Source: Octopus vulgaris | Lineage: Eukaryota | Reading direction: 5' to 3' | DNA length: 64,000 nucleotides | Assembly (NCBI GenBank): GCA_951406725.2 | Contig: OX597815.1 | Coordinates: 115,506,001-115,570,000, forward strand | Shown here: piece after piece, positions 1 to 12,269 of the stretch | Layout of the letters: the number at the start of each line of letters is the position of its first letter | How positions within the stretch are numbered: the first letter of the stretch is position 1 | Made by a program: the position numbers and the translations under genes | Notes under the pieces: model-generated | Told to the model about the DNA's origin: nothing | Seen by the model: the letters and a program-made list of their open reading frames with translations, nothing else | Databases searched by the model: none

Positions 1-19
1 GCCAAATATCTTTATAGAG

Positions 20-490
20 TGCAGCCTGAATATAACTGTCACTACTTACCTAACTAAAGTTTCTTGGATATACTGACAAATACTACTCCTATACAAGGCC
101 TAATCAGGAAAATGTATACATCCATAAGAATTTCAACCTTCCCCAGCTATCATTAGTGATCTAGTAACAGCTGAAGAAACTCTAATATATTGACAGGTAG
201 ATATCTTCAATGTGGAGACTCTAGTAAAGAGTGGCGTTAGTGAGAATTTAGTATATATGGAAGATCCTCAACCCCAACCCTAAAGAGAGTTGGAATTAGA
301 CATGTAATGTGATTCAATCCTTCATTCAATTTAGATACCCCTACAAATATAGCTAAAAGCTTCTTGTCCATAATTAGACAGCTTTTCCCAAGCATCCATT
401 AGTACCACAAACTTTTTAATGCCCATAACATTAAGGTTAGCTACTCATATCTAGATAACATCACACCCAATATTGCATGCTTAATATGTA
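20..490 (+). mobile_element. Degenerate Penelope-like element (RT C-terminus and linker remnant)
   Basis: Broken frames read FLDI..YYSYTRPNQENVYIHKN, then RHVM*FNPSFNLDTPTNIAKSFLSII..YHKLFNAHNIKVSYSYLDN. This matches the PLE pattern FLD..Y.KPN..YIH..SNHPP / WFNPPF..TNI.K.FL..YHK.FN..IK.SYSC. Confidence 0.75.
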
Positions 491-949
491 AATGCAGGGC
501 AGACAATACTTGTTTGCTCATAGTGAGATTACTCTCTTTTAATCAACCATTATTACTATCTAACATTGTCTACTTTTACTAACACCTAGCAACTGATAGG
601 GTTACACATAACACAGCAACAATTAACCTGATATGGCTCACCACATGGAACAATAACAATGGCAGTAAGCATCTATTTCCATCCACAGTTGCTAACTACA
701 TAAATTCTAAACACAGTAGGCTAGCAGAGGACACTATGCTGTCTGCTCTGCCACATGGACCAACAAATATAAATATCTGTTGTCAAATGTCTGTCCACTT
801 CATTAAATGCCCTGATCCAACCAATGGAGATACCCAACTATTATCATTTCAAGGCCATATTTTTTCTTTGTTGCCACTCAGATGCCAAGGACTCAGATAA
901 GTTAGATATTCAGAATAACATTTTAAAAACCCCTAAGTAATCCAATAAA

Positions 950-1039
950 TATGTGTATATGTAGATATATGTGTGTGCATGTATGTTTGTACATACATAC
1001 ACACACATATATACTTATATATGTATACATATGTGTGTG

Positions 1040-1086
<47 letters not shown>

Positions 1087-1142
1087 GTATATATATGTAT
1101 GTATATATAGGTAGATAGATTGATAGATAGATAAAGTTAGAT
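950..1142. repeat. Compound (TA)n/(TG)n/(GATA)n microsatellite
   Basis: Directly visible di- and tetranucleotide runs. Confidence 0.95.
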
Positions 1143-1154
1143 AAGGCTGGTTTA

Positions 1155-1217
1155 TGGGATTACCTTGGGTTTCATGCCCATAAAGCACTTAGCTTTACAA
1201 CATATTGTCAGATCCCA
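1155..1217 (-). ncRNA. Type I hammerhead ribozyme motif (G8>A core change, probably inactive)
   Basis: Minus strand: TGGGAT-CTGACAA-stem II (TAAAGC taagt GCTTTA core)-GAAA-CC caa GG-TA-ATCCCA. Perfect 6-bp stem I, stem III ACC/GGT, GUA cleavage triplet. Confidence 0.75.
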
Positions 1218-1677
1218 AACCTGCTGGCTTATGGCCTCTCTAACTTTATCTACATAATATACTGCGCTATAACTTCAAGTGTACTTTCATTTTCAGATTT
1301 ATGTTTTACTGATGATCTATATATATATATATGTCTGTATTAATCAAATATTGAATAAAGCTAAATAGGAAGCTATCTGAGCCCAAACAGATTTCAATGA
1401 ATAAAAGAATGATAGTAAGTTTACTGTCAAATATTTCCAGACAAATTGTTTTACTATAGATATTTTCAAACTATCAATGGAATTTGATGTGTGCCAAATG
1501 GTCACTTAAGCTGTTCTATTTCATTAATCTTAAGTGTGTGAATTTGCTTGGCTCCAGATTTCTTTGGTAAGCAAACACAAGTGTTCAAACATCAACAACT
1601 TTTCTGCACAAACTGTACCTATGTACATTATTTACACGACATATCTGTACATACCTTTTGTATTATGCATACACAGA

Positions 1678-2085
1678 GGCGCAGGCGTGGCTGTGTGGTA
1701 AGTGACTTGTTTACCAACTACATGGTTCCGGGTTCAGTCCCACTGTGTGATACCTTGGGCAAGTGTCTTCTACTATAGCCTCAGGCCAACCAAAGCCTTG
1801 TGAGTGAATTTGGTAGACGGAAACTGAAAGAAGCCTGTCATATATATATATATGTGTATATATATGTATATAGGTGTGTATTTGTCTGTGTTTGTCCCCC
1901 CAGCATCACTTGACGACCGATGGTAGTGTGTTTACATCCCTGTAACTTTGCGGTCTGGCAAAGAGACCGATAGAATAAGTACTAGGCTTACAAAGAATAA
2001 GTTCTAGGGTCGATTTGTTCAACTAAAGGTGGTGCTCCAGCATGGCTACAGTCAACTGACTGAAACAAATAAAAAAGAAGAAAAA
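1678..2085 (+). mobile_element. tRNA-derived SINE, family 1 (abundant octopus-type SINE with internal TA/TG microsatellite)
   Basis: A-box TGGCTGTGTGG, B-box GGTTCAGTCCC, body CACCTTGGGCAAGTGTCTTCTACTATAGC, 3' GTGCTCCAGCATGGC..GACTGAAACAA; at least five further copies in the window. Confidence 0.9.
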
Positions 2086-2399
2086 AGAAAAATGCATACA
2101 CATGAGAGTGCTTGAAAGAGAGAAACAGACAGACATGTTTGTCATTTATGTGTGTACATGTGTGTGTGTGTGTGTGTGTGTGTGGATATAGCTGTAACAG
2201 TTTTTACCACATAATTATGCATATATCCCAATGCATAATTTGCTTGATTTATCCTTTCCCCACCTTTCAGTGTTGTGTAAAGAATGAATTTCATATCATT
2301 TGCTTGTTGTACACTGGTGCTAGTTTATGGCTTGTTGTGAACTTCTTATTGTAACTTCATGCGAATATTCTTTTTTGATTCAGTCTATGACTAAATAAA

Positions 2400-2560
2400 T
2401 AAGCATACATGTATGTACACAATTACACATAAATATAGATGTATGTATATGTGTATATGTGTGGGGGTACATATACATGTGTGTGTATATGTATGTGTTT
2501 GTGTATATATATATATATATACACACACACACATATATATACATATATATTTATTTATAT

Positions 2561-2591
<31 letters not shown>

Positions 2592-2595
2592 CAAC

Positions 2596-2626
<31 letters not shown>

Positions 2627-2825
2627 TATACACATATATTTATATTCATATATATGTACATATATATACACATATATATACATATATATACATATATATA
2701 TATATACACACACACACATACGCACATACATGTATGCATATATTTATACATATATTTCAAACACTCACATATATTTACATACACACACACACTCACACAC
2801 ACCCACACACACATATATATATAAA
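2400..2825. repeat. Long compound (TA)n/(CA)n microsatellite
   Basis: Directly visible; source of several spurious Y/I/H/T-rich ORFs. Confidence 0.95.
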
Positions 2826-3719
2826 ATTATGAAACTTTTAATGATTGTTGTTATTAAAGAAATTTGGATTTTTTTTTTTCAAATTAGATTATATTTAACT
2901 TAACATCTCAACATCTCTTCAAAAAATGATTTCCTCCTGCAAAAGTGAATAAAAACATACTCACAATCAATCAGTACTGACTTATCTTATAACAAATACA
3001 TTATATATATATAAAGAAAGAAAATCAAAACTCTGTATTGTAAAATATATTAATCAACAATATTTCTATATTTCTTCTGAAATATAGGAAGAAGTGCAAA
3101 ATTTTTAAAAACTGTCTACAGTTGATGAAAGAAATATTGATGTCTTACCTGCAGAATATCAGATTTCCTTCATTTTGGTGTAGGGTAATTAATGATTTGA
3201 AATTCAATAATTCCTTTTTTCTTTTTAAATTTCAACCTCTTCAATTACAATCAATAATTTCAATTTTTAATAATATTGATTAAAGGCAGACATGGTCTTT
3301 CTTGACAGTACATAACAAGGGATATAACTCTACCTCCATTTAGGACTAATGGAGTGATTACAGTCACAAAAGATATAAAATTATCAGATTTTTCAGAAAA
3401 GCTTGAACCATTATTCAAATATTCATCAAAAGAGTTACTCACTTTGATATGAATAGCAGCCAAATATTCCTTAAATCATACCGTTCTGTTGTAAAAATGA
3501 GAAGGATACATTAAATAATGTAGTCCTAAATTATGATAAGATTTGTCAGGTTTAACATTGGCTTGTTCAATAAAGGTGTAAACTTGGGGTTAATCCACAA
3601 CTCGGATGCTCAAGTATCATTATTAATAATGTTAATGTGCTTCCTGTGTACATGCATAAAAAAAAATATATGTATATATATGTATACACACACACACACA
3701 TACACACACACATGCACAT

Positions 3720-3750
<31 letters not shown>

Positions 3751-4273
3751 CATCTGGGCATAGCATGGCCAAAAGGTTATGATCTTTGTTTTGTATCAAA
3801 GAAGTCTAGGGTTCAATTCCACTGTGTGACACCTTGGCCAAATGTCATTTTCTATAGCTTTGTGTTGATCCATAACTTATGAGTGAAATTGGAAAGGCAT
3901 AAGCTGCAGAGAAGCCTCTCAGGTGGATTGTACCTAGAATTCATAAAGTACAGCCTTATCACTCAGTCTTACTGACTCTACACTTCACTCGGAGAAATAC
4001 ATGAAGAATACATCTGCAGAATGCTCAGTCAGTATTCGTTGATACTGGAGCTGATAATTTAGCTGATTAAATGACTGAATCATCATTGTTGAACAATGGA
4101 CACCTATTACTTATAGCAGGAAACACAGATGAGGGCAGCAGCATCAAACTCTCTCATTCACCAAATTCCTCATATCAAAGAAGGCTTCAAATAATGAAGG
4201 TGTAGCACAGCTAATGGTGGTGTCCCAGCATGACCACAGTTTTAAAGCTAAAACAAGTTAAAGAGTTATATAT

Positions 4274-4500
4274 ATCATCATCATCGTTTAACATCCATTT
4301 TCCATGCTGGCATGGGTTGCACCAGGTTCCCATCTGATCTAGCAATGTTTCTACAGCTGGATGCTCTTCCTTATGCCAACCACTCCAAGTGTGTAGTGGG
4401 TGCTTTTTACGTGCCACTGGCACAGGAGCCAGTCAGGCAGCACTGGCATCGGCCACATTCAGCTGGTGCTTTTCATGTGCTACCAGCACAGGAGCCAGTT
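4274..4500 (-). mobile_element. RTE-LINE 3' UTR-derived fragment with (GAT)n tail
   Basis: Reverse complement matches 55790-55980 (GGAAGGGCATCCAGC..CAACCCATGC..GCATGGAAA..GATGATGAT) and carries two copies of the GGCACGTAAAAAGCAC unit. Confidence 0.8.
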
Positions 4501-4525
4501 CGAATAGTGGGATTGGCATGTATAT

Positions 4526-4874
4526 ATAATAATTGATGAAGAAAATGAAAGATAGATTTAGCACTTGTCTTTATTCAGTATGACAATTGTTTCAACCCAT
4601 CCTGAAACTGTCTGTTATGGGTAGGATATTGTGCATCTAATTGTGTTGTATCAATCTGTGCAGTTTGTGTCACATCAGGTGCATGCTTAAAGAATAGGTC
4701 ATCCCACTAGACACACTAGATATATTAGTGGATGTCCCAACTAGATTGTTGTAACAAATTTGGATGCACAATATCCTACCCATAACAGATAGTTGCAGGA
4801 TGGGTCGAGATGATCATCATACTGAATAAAGACTAGTGCTAAATATATTTTCTGTTTCCTTCATCAATTATTAT
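4526..4874. mobile_element. Fold-back element with ~130 bp inverted arms
   Basis: 4526-4658 is the imperfect reverse complement of 4743-4874. The arm consensus contains ACCCAT..ATGGGT-CGAAAC-GATCGTC followed by AATAAA, resembling the 3' half of a PLE hammerhead. Confidence 0.8.
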
Positions 4875-5015
4875 CTCAACCAACGCTGCAGAATTCCTGA
4901 AGTAGATCCAGGGGAAATATATCCCAACTGTGGATGACACCAGGTAGCCCAAACTGTGAATATACTTTACTCAACACACTAATTTACATATAACCATTAG
5001 TCCAAAAAAAATTAT

Positions 5016-5053
<38 letters not shown>

Positions 5054-6221
5054 TTATCACATAAATGTATTAGCTCTATACATTGTAGCATGCATTGTGA
5101 ATTATACTTTTGATAAAGCTTGTCTCTTATAGCATAATGCTTCCAACTAGTTGTAGTTTTGTTTATATTTAATCAATGTTATTTAAATACCTTTATTATA
5201 CTTTTAACATTGGTTAAGTGTCGTGAAAGTTGTGATTAAATTCGGGTTATTTGTAGTTAGAAAATTATCCCATGTATTCACTATTGTGCTTTATTGTTGA
5301 GGTTTTACGTAAATCAGTGCAAAATTAACATAAATGCAATATGAAATACACAGTAGCCTTAGGACCATAAAATTCATTGAATTATTGTGATGATTTTCTC
5401 TCTGACATTTTATTATAATTTAAGCAATAATTGATATTCTAGTCTGTAAAACCCAGTAGTTTGAAATGTGATATGGGATATATGTATGTTTACTTGCATA
5501 TTCATTGACATTGGTGAGGGAGAACTGTGACATGCACAAACCGATAGTGTTAAGTCAGCCAATCAACATGGTTCAGTTCATTTTATATGAACGAATTTAA
5601 TTTATTATATAGCTAGCTTCTTTAATATTAAATTTCTGATATTAGTTTTGATATAATTGTAAGATCCTTCTAATGACATCTGTCCAAATGTTTTTAATGA
5701 CATAAGCATATGTATAAATGCAGATGTGCAATTTGAAAATGGTGTAACTAGTGTAAGAACCTGCAACATTTATTATAAGTTAAGTTGTACATCATGTAGG
5801 ACTATATATATATTAACATTATTTGTGGAGCAGTTGGCTAAAGTGTGTATTTTGAAGTCATGCATAGCTATGCATAGACAAATCCCCAGATTGGAATTTT
5901 CTCAAGGAGGATCCATGGTGTGCCTGTTGTATTTTCACTCCCTACCTGTCCAACACATGAAGCAGTTGTCCAGTTATTAGATTGTGGCAGTTTAAAAAAG
6001 TTTATGTTTTGTTGGTGGTGTGAACCTTCTTTCAATTTATATTACCTATCTAGTGTCCATCATAGAGTGGTGGGTAGGCATTATATGTTAACATCCTTTG
6101 AAACTGCTAGAATTGGCAGGATTGTTTCATGCTTCACTGCATCAGCTGTGTCAACATATTTCATTTTGTATTATGTAGGCATATCTGTATATATATGTGT
6201 GTTGGTATACATATATATACA

Positions 6222-6254
<33 letters not shown>

Positions 6255-8889
6255 GGATATACATAATTAAAGTTCTGTAAGCATTCAAACTTTTCAGAAT
6301 TTAGTTATATTCAGATACTAAGAAATATTTTAATGTTATTGCAAGAGAATTAATAGCAACTCAATATACATACTGCCTTAGCTGTACATGCTGTCTTAGT
6401 TATACACCATTCTCTTTCTTTGAGTTTGATATATAGCTCTGCACAAACGAATGATATCCCAAACAAATATTTTATATGTTGCATGTAGAAATTTCTGAAG
6501 AATGCAGAGTATTGTTTGGAGTTGAATATTATTGAATTTGATGTGCTTAAAAACACATTAATTATCTGATAAAACACTGAAATGATAGTAAAATTTTAAT
6601 ACAAATATGGAGCAGTTATTTTAGGTTTTGATAGGATGATTATTGACAAAAATTTATACTTTGAGAAATTAATAAACAAAGCCTTCTGAGAGAGTTTAAT
6701 AAAGTAAATAGTCTGCCATTTATAATAGTAAAAATTAAATCAAAGGTTTTGCTTCCAACATACTGTTGGTTTTGGTTTCTTCACCATTGTTTTTTTTTTT
6801 TTTTTTTCATGAATTCCCCAAATAAGCCACATTGAAATTTCTCTTGCACATTCATTATTTTGCTTAAGTGTCACTGCTAACTTTTCAGATAATCTTCAAT
6901 TAAGTGTTTTGAAGTAATTTTTCTAATGTGATGCTCTAATTCCATTGAATACATATTAAATAAAAGAAAAGTTAGAATAAATAAGATTTGAGATTGTATT
7001 CATTTAAATGTTATCTGGAATGTCTGATAACTTTGTGTCTTACTTTCTTGTACGACAGTCTTATATTGAAATTTATCATTATTATTGTTGTTGTTGTTAT
7101 TATTATTAGTTAATATAGACTAATTTGTGTTTGAAATAATAAGATTAAATTGGTGTTTTCATTTTCAGGGAAAGTTTAAAACTATATAAGCTCTATAGAA
7201 TCTGGTGTATATTAAATGATGTTGGAAAGACGACTTGCCATTTGTCTAGACTGAAATAAGAAAACTAAATTAGGAAATTTTATTTTGATTAGCTAACTAT
7301 ATTTTTATTTCAACTAAATGATAGAAATGGTAAGACTTTGCTACGAGACAACTACATAAATATATGACATTTTAGCAGCGGGAAATTATCCACTTGTTTG
7401 ATAGATTTTATTCATTAGTTAATAAAGATTAACAATGGCTTTGTCTTTTTTTTAACTGGGAATTTCTACAAAGTGAAGCCATGAAAACCATTGACAAATA
7501 AACCTTCTGAAAAGATATGAAAATAATGAATAAGAATTAAGAAACAGTTGCTTAAATGACCAAATTAGTCAATTTTTTTATGCTAAGTGTTTTTGTTGCT
7601 CAAGTTATCTTAGCAATAAAAACATTTTTGACACAATTTCAGACATCAATTTATCCATTGTAGTTAGTTTTATAACTGTTAGTCTTTCTTTTAGTGTTCC
7701 TCTTCTGTTGAAACTGATAAGAAATAATGAAATTATTTGTGTTAATGTGTTGAAAACAGAATTTATAGTCATGTAAATGATATGCTTTGTAAATGGATTA
7801 TATCTTTGTCAATACTGTTCTGTGTTTGAAATATGTCTACACTCATATAAGTCGTATCATAATGTGTGTGTCTAAAAATATTGTGATAGTTTATAAATTT
7901 CCTGAAAGTATGCTAAAACATATATTGAAGTTACTATTATAAATCTTTTAAATGATATCTGTTGAAAATGATATATATTGTATTAAAGATAAAATTTTAT
8001 TCCTTATTTTTATCAACTTCGGCTTGCTTTCTATATATGGATACTGTTTTTATTTAGTCTATGCATTATTTTTTTTTATTTCCTTCTGTCCATTATGGCA
8101 TCATTTTCTATTCCTATTTCTTAATTATTATGTTTATACTGTGCATCTGTGTATGCAGTGAGAATGAAAATATCTTGTAAATATAAATGGTTTTAGTGTG
8201 TTGCTATCAAGTCAGCCTTGTGGAAGCTATTTCTTTTCAGAATATTAATTGTGATCAGGAATCAAAAATATGTGTGTGAAGGGATATACCTATACTAGTC
8301 TTACTTTATCAGTTTATCACCACTCTATATTATATGTGTGAGTGTGCATCAAACAGGAAATATGAAGCAAATAGAATTGATTATCTTGAAGTTACATGAA
8401 TGAATATCCCAATCCTCATGGCTGAGGATTGGAAACATCAGATACAACCACCACTTCTTGTGACATATGCTGTAGCCATGTCAGTGACAGTTCTCTCAGA
8501 GTTTGGGGTCTGTTTGTTGCATCATCATTCTTTCTTCAGAATGAATAGGGTTAGATGATCCCCAGTTCTCTTCCTCTCCAATATACTATCAAATTTAACT
8601 CTCTTACCTTTTGCCTCTTCGCAAACACTCACAAGCAGGTAAGGCTTATGCTCAAAGTTCCTTCTACATCTAGATGCCTTCCAAGACTACTCACATGTTC
8701 TCCAGAGACATACTTTAAAAATGCTCACTCCCAGTGGTCTTACAAGATGCCAGACACTAACTCAGAATTCTAAGTCCCTTACCTTGGTGTTATCTAGTCA
8801 TTGATTCTACATTAGGTTCATCTGTGCTTTTGACAAGGTATTTTTTTGTTCTAGGTTTCTAGTCACCCTGCTCACCAGGCATGCTTGAC

Positions 8890-9048
8890 AGTGCCATCTG
8901 AAGGCATGGGCACGCTGGGCAGTTGTCCAGAAGCTTCAAGTGTTCGAGGAATCAATTTTAATCTATGTATGCTATAAATTACTGTCAATTACCAGGGCCC
9001 AATGTATTCAGTTTTTTGGGAACCTATAATGTTGCTAAGACAGCCCTA
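8890..9048. mobile_element. Possible hAT-type MITE remnant
   Basis: Ends CAGTGCCATCT...AGACAGCCCT resemble CAGGGCCGTCT/AGACGGCCCTG terminal inverted repeats; TSD not confirmed. Confidence 0.4.
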
Positions 9049-9208
9049 AAGTCTGGAGGTGTTTTGTGTACAGATATACTAAATCTGACATGAATTTAGT
9101 ACTTTATACTTTTGGAATAGTCCTCTTTGTTATATGTTCAGTATCATATAAATCCATAAGATACAGTAACAAAAATGAGAAACAGAACATTTTGATGCAT
9201 TTATGACA

Positions 9209-9407
9209 GTTCTATATTTAAGAGACGAGGAATTATGTACATTATTTACAATTGACAGATATTTGTCCTCATCTTGTTTGTTGTTAACATGTTTCGGCTG
9301 ATATACCCTCCAACCTTCATCAGGTGTCTTGGGGAAATTTCAAACCTGGGTTCTCATTCCTCAGATATTTTTCGATGTTGTTGTTGTTGTTGTTATTATT
9401 ATTATTA

Positions 9408-9462
<55 letters not shown>

Positions 9463-9806
9463 CATTATTATTATTATTGCTCAGGTCACTGCCTGGAATC
9501 AAACTCGGAATCTTTGGATTAGTAGCCTGCACTCTTAACCACTATGCCATATGTGTAGTGGTTAAGAGCGCAGGCTACTGACCCTAAGGTTCCGAGTTCA
9601 ATTCCAGGCAGTGACCTGAATAATAACAATAATAATAATAATAATAATAACAATAACATTGAAAAATACCTTAGGATTGAGAACCCAGGTTCGAAATTTC
9701 CCCAAGACACCTAATGAAGGCTGTAGGGTATATCAGCTGAAACATTGTGTTAACAACAAACAAGATGAAGACAAATATCCATCAATTGTAAATAATGTAA
9801 ATAATG
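9209..9806. mobile_element. Palindromic head-to-head element: tRNA-like head + (AAT)n + hammerhead-bearing tail, 13-bp TSD
   Basis: Inverted symmetry about ~9553. Heads contain TGGCATAGTGGTTAAG and GAGTTCAATTCC. Hammerhead motifs at 9286-9328(-) and 9706-9751(+). Flanking direct repeat TGCATTTATGACA at 9196-9208 and 9807-9819. Confidence 0.85.
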
Positions 9807-10139
9807 TGCATTTATGACATTCATACTTTTCTCAGTGACTAATGCAACTTATGAAATGTCCTGTTCAAGATAGAAAGTGAGATTGTGATATTCTTTGCAT
9901 CAAGAAACAATACTGCAGCATTCACCCACTAAAATAGCATCTAATGAGAGCTAGTAAGGGAGTTGCTATGTAGTCATTTGAGCTGCTAAAAATAGCATCC
10001 AAATAACCCTCAAAAAATTGCCATAGCATGTTTTTAAAAAACTATACTGATGAGCCCCACCTTGGAAAAATATGAGATTGTCATGGCTTGAAGACCTTCG
10101 ATTCTAGAGTTAAATAATATCATTTAATAATTGAATAAT

Positions 10140-11840
10140 TTAAGGCTCAAGATAATTTTGAGGAGAGGATGTTTAGTTAAAGCCACCAACCTTGTACTTG
10201 GTACTTTATTTCACTGGACTCTTGTAGAACAAAAGTTGACTTCAGTAAGATTTAAACTCAGAGCATAGAGAGCCAGAACAATATCACATGATATTTTTTT
10301 TACCAAACCTCTAATGTTTCTACCATTTCACCATAAAACCAGAAATTGGGATAGAAAAGTGTTAGCTCATTAAATCGATCCCAGTACTTGACTTGTATTT
10401 TATCTAATTGGTTCTTGAAAGATGAAAGGCATTGTTGACCTTGGTAGGATTCAAATTCAGAATGTAAAGAGTCAGAGTAAATACCATAAGGCATTTTATG
10501 TGATGCTTTAACAATTCTATTAATCCAAAGTTCTTTTAATAATAATAAGAGCACTGACTTCTGTTATAGCCACAATATAAATTTTTATGGGCAGTAAAAT
10601 CTGATTTAAGCACCTAGTATTTGACCAGTGCTTATTTTATTGAACCCATTATATAGGTGGTACTTATTTTATTGATTCCCCCTTGTTTGACTTATGCATA
10701 TTTTAAATCTCAGGGATGAAAAGAGAAGTCAATTCTGATTGGAATTGAACTCAGAATGTATGACAATGTAAATAAATATTGCAGGTCATTTTGTCTGATA
10801 GCCTACCATATCTGCTTCCCAACACACTGGTATAAATTTAATAATAATTTTGGCACAAGGCCTGAAATTTTTGTGCAGGGAACTAGTTGATTACATTGAT
10901 TTCAGGGTTTAACTGGTACTTTTTTTTATTGACCCCACTACTTGATAGGTAATTTAGTTCCCAAAACACTGGAAGACAGAGTTGACTGTAGCAAAATTTG
11001 AACTCTGAATGTAAAAATCCAGAACAAACACCACAAGGCATTTTTGTTGACACTCTAAAGAGTCTGTCTATTTGCTGCCTTATATAATAATAATGATGGA
11101 CTCTCCCATCAAAGACGACATGTGAGTATTCAGCTTCTACTAAACGACTTGCACAAATGATTTGTTTATAGTAATCAAATGCATGTGCTATACATTAAGC
11201 TCACTCCCTCCATCCAAATCAATGTTGCCTTAATGGGTACATGGTGCATTATGCATCAGGTACACAGAGCAATGTGAGGGGATGTGCGTTGCTCAAGAAC
11301 ACAACATACCACCCAGTCAAGGAATTGAAACCACAATATCATGATCATGAGTTTAACACCCTAACCTCTAGACCATGCATCTAATAATAATAATAATAAT
11401 AATTATTATTATTTCTGCTAAAGACACAAGGCCTGAAATTCTGGAGGCGGGGACTAGTCAATTACATTGACTCCAGTGTTTCGCTGGTACTTAATTTATC
11501 GATCCCAAACAGATGGAAGGCAAAGTCAACCATGGCAGAATTTGAACTCAGAATGTAAAGATGGACAAAATACCACTTAGCATTTTGTCCAACACAGTAA
11601 CAATTCTGCCAGCTTGCTACTTTAAACATCATTTAATTATAATAATAATAATAATAATAATAATGGTTTCAAATTCTAGCACAAGGCCATCAATTTCAGG
11701 TGAGAGGCTAAGTTGATTACATTGACCCAGTGCTGAATTAATACTTATTTTATTGACCCCGAAAGGATGAAGGGCAAAGGCGGACAAAATGTCGCTAAAC
11801 ATTTTGCCCAGTGTGCTAATGATTCTGCCAGTTTGCCTTA
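10140..11840 (-). mobile_element. Tandem cluster of ~6 co-oriented family-2 SINE copies plus one family-3 SINE, separated by (AAT)n runs
   Basis: Repeated blocks CACAAGGCCTGAAATT..GATTACATTGAC..GGTACTTATTTTATTGAC..GTTGAC..TTTGAACTCAGAATGTA. Reverse complement of the better-preserved copy at 29455-29670. Confidence 0.8.
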
Positions 11841-12269
11841 ATCATAATAATGATGTATTCCAATAAAGTAACGAAGTGTCAGAAATACCATGAATAGAGA
11901 AAGAAAATTGAAGACTTGTCTCTTTGGGCATAAAGCAGTCGAAGTGAGTGAAGTGGTTTTCAGTTGGAATTGAAACCAAGTTGATGACTTTGTTTTGCTG
12001 AGATGTTATCAATGCTTTTTCCTGTTCACCATAAGTATAAATATAATAATGATGCTTCAATACTTGTAGAAGTAGTATAATGTCAATTGAATCTTAAGGT
12101 AATAAATTGCAAAATAAATACCATCAGAAGATTTGTGTTATTCATATCTTGAATATGAATAACACAAAGCATTATATTAATAATTGAAATATAAACCATA
12201 ATTTTTAACAGCTGCTTAGTGAAAACTTTGATATCGTGCTAAGAATTCTATGCCTCAAAGAAATATTTT

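Noticed and set aside
2391-2903. Overlapping 80-154 aa ORFs rich in Y, I, H, T, C, V (also at 3533-3882, 13262, 53481-53792, 63107)
   Set aside because: Translations of (TA)n/(CA)n microsatellites; no coding signal.
3088-3184. AG..GT-bounded open segment (KKCKIFKNCLQLMKE..) as a possible unc80 exon
   Set aside because: No resemblance to UNC80, and its phase-0 end is incompatible with the next exon at 15348.
9481-9620. tRNA gene call for the inverted heads
   Set aside because: No pairable acceptor stem and an atypical ACT anticodon loop; these are tRNA-derived repeat heads, not functional tRNAs.
9274-9710. Poly-Y, poly-N, poly-L and poly-I ORFs
   Set aside because: Translations of the (ATT)n spacers of the palindromic element.
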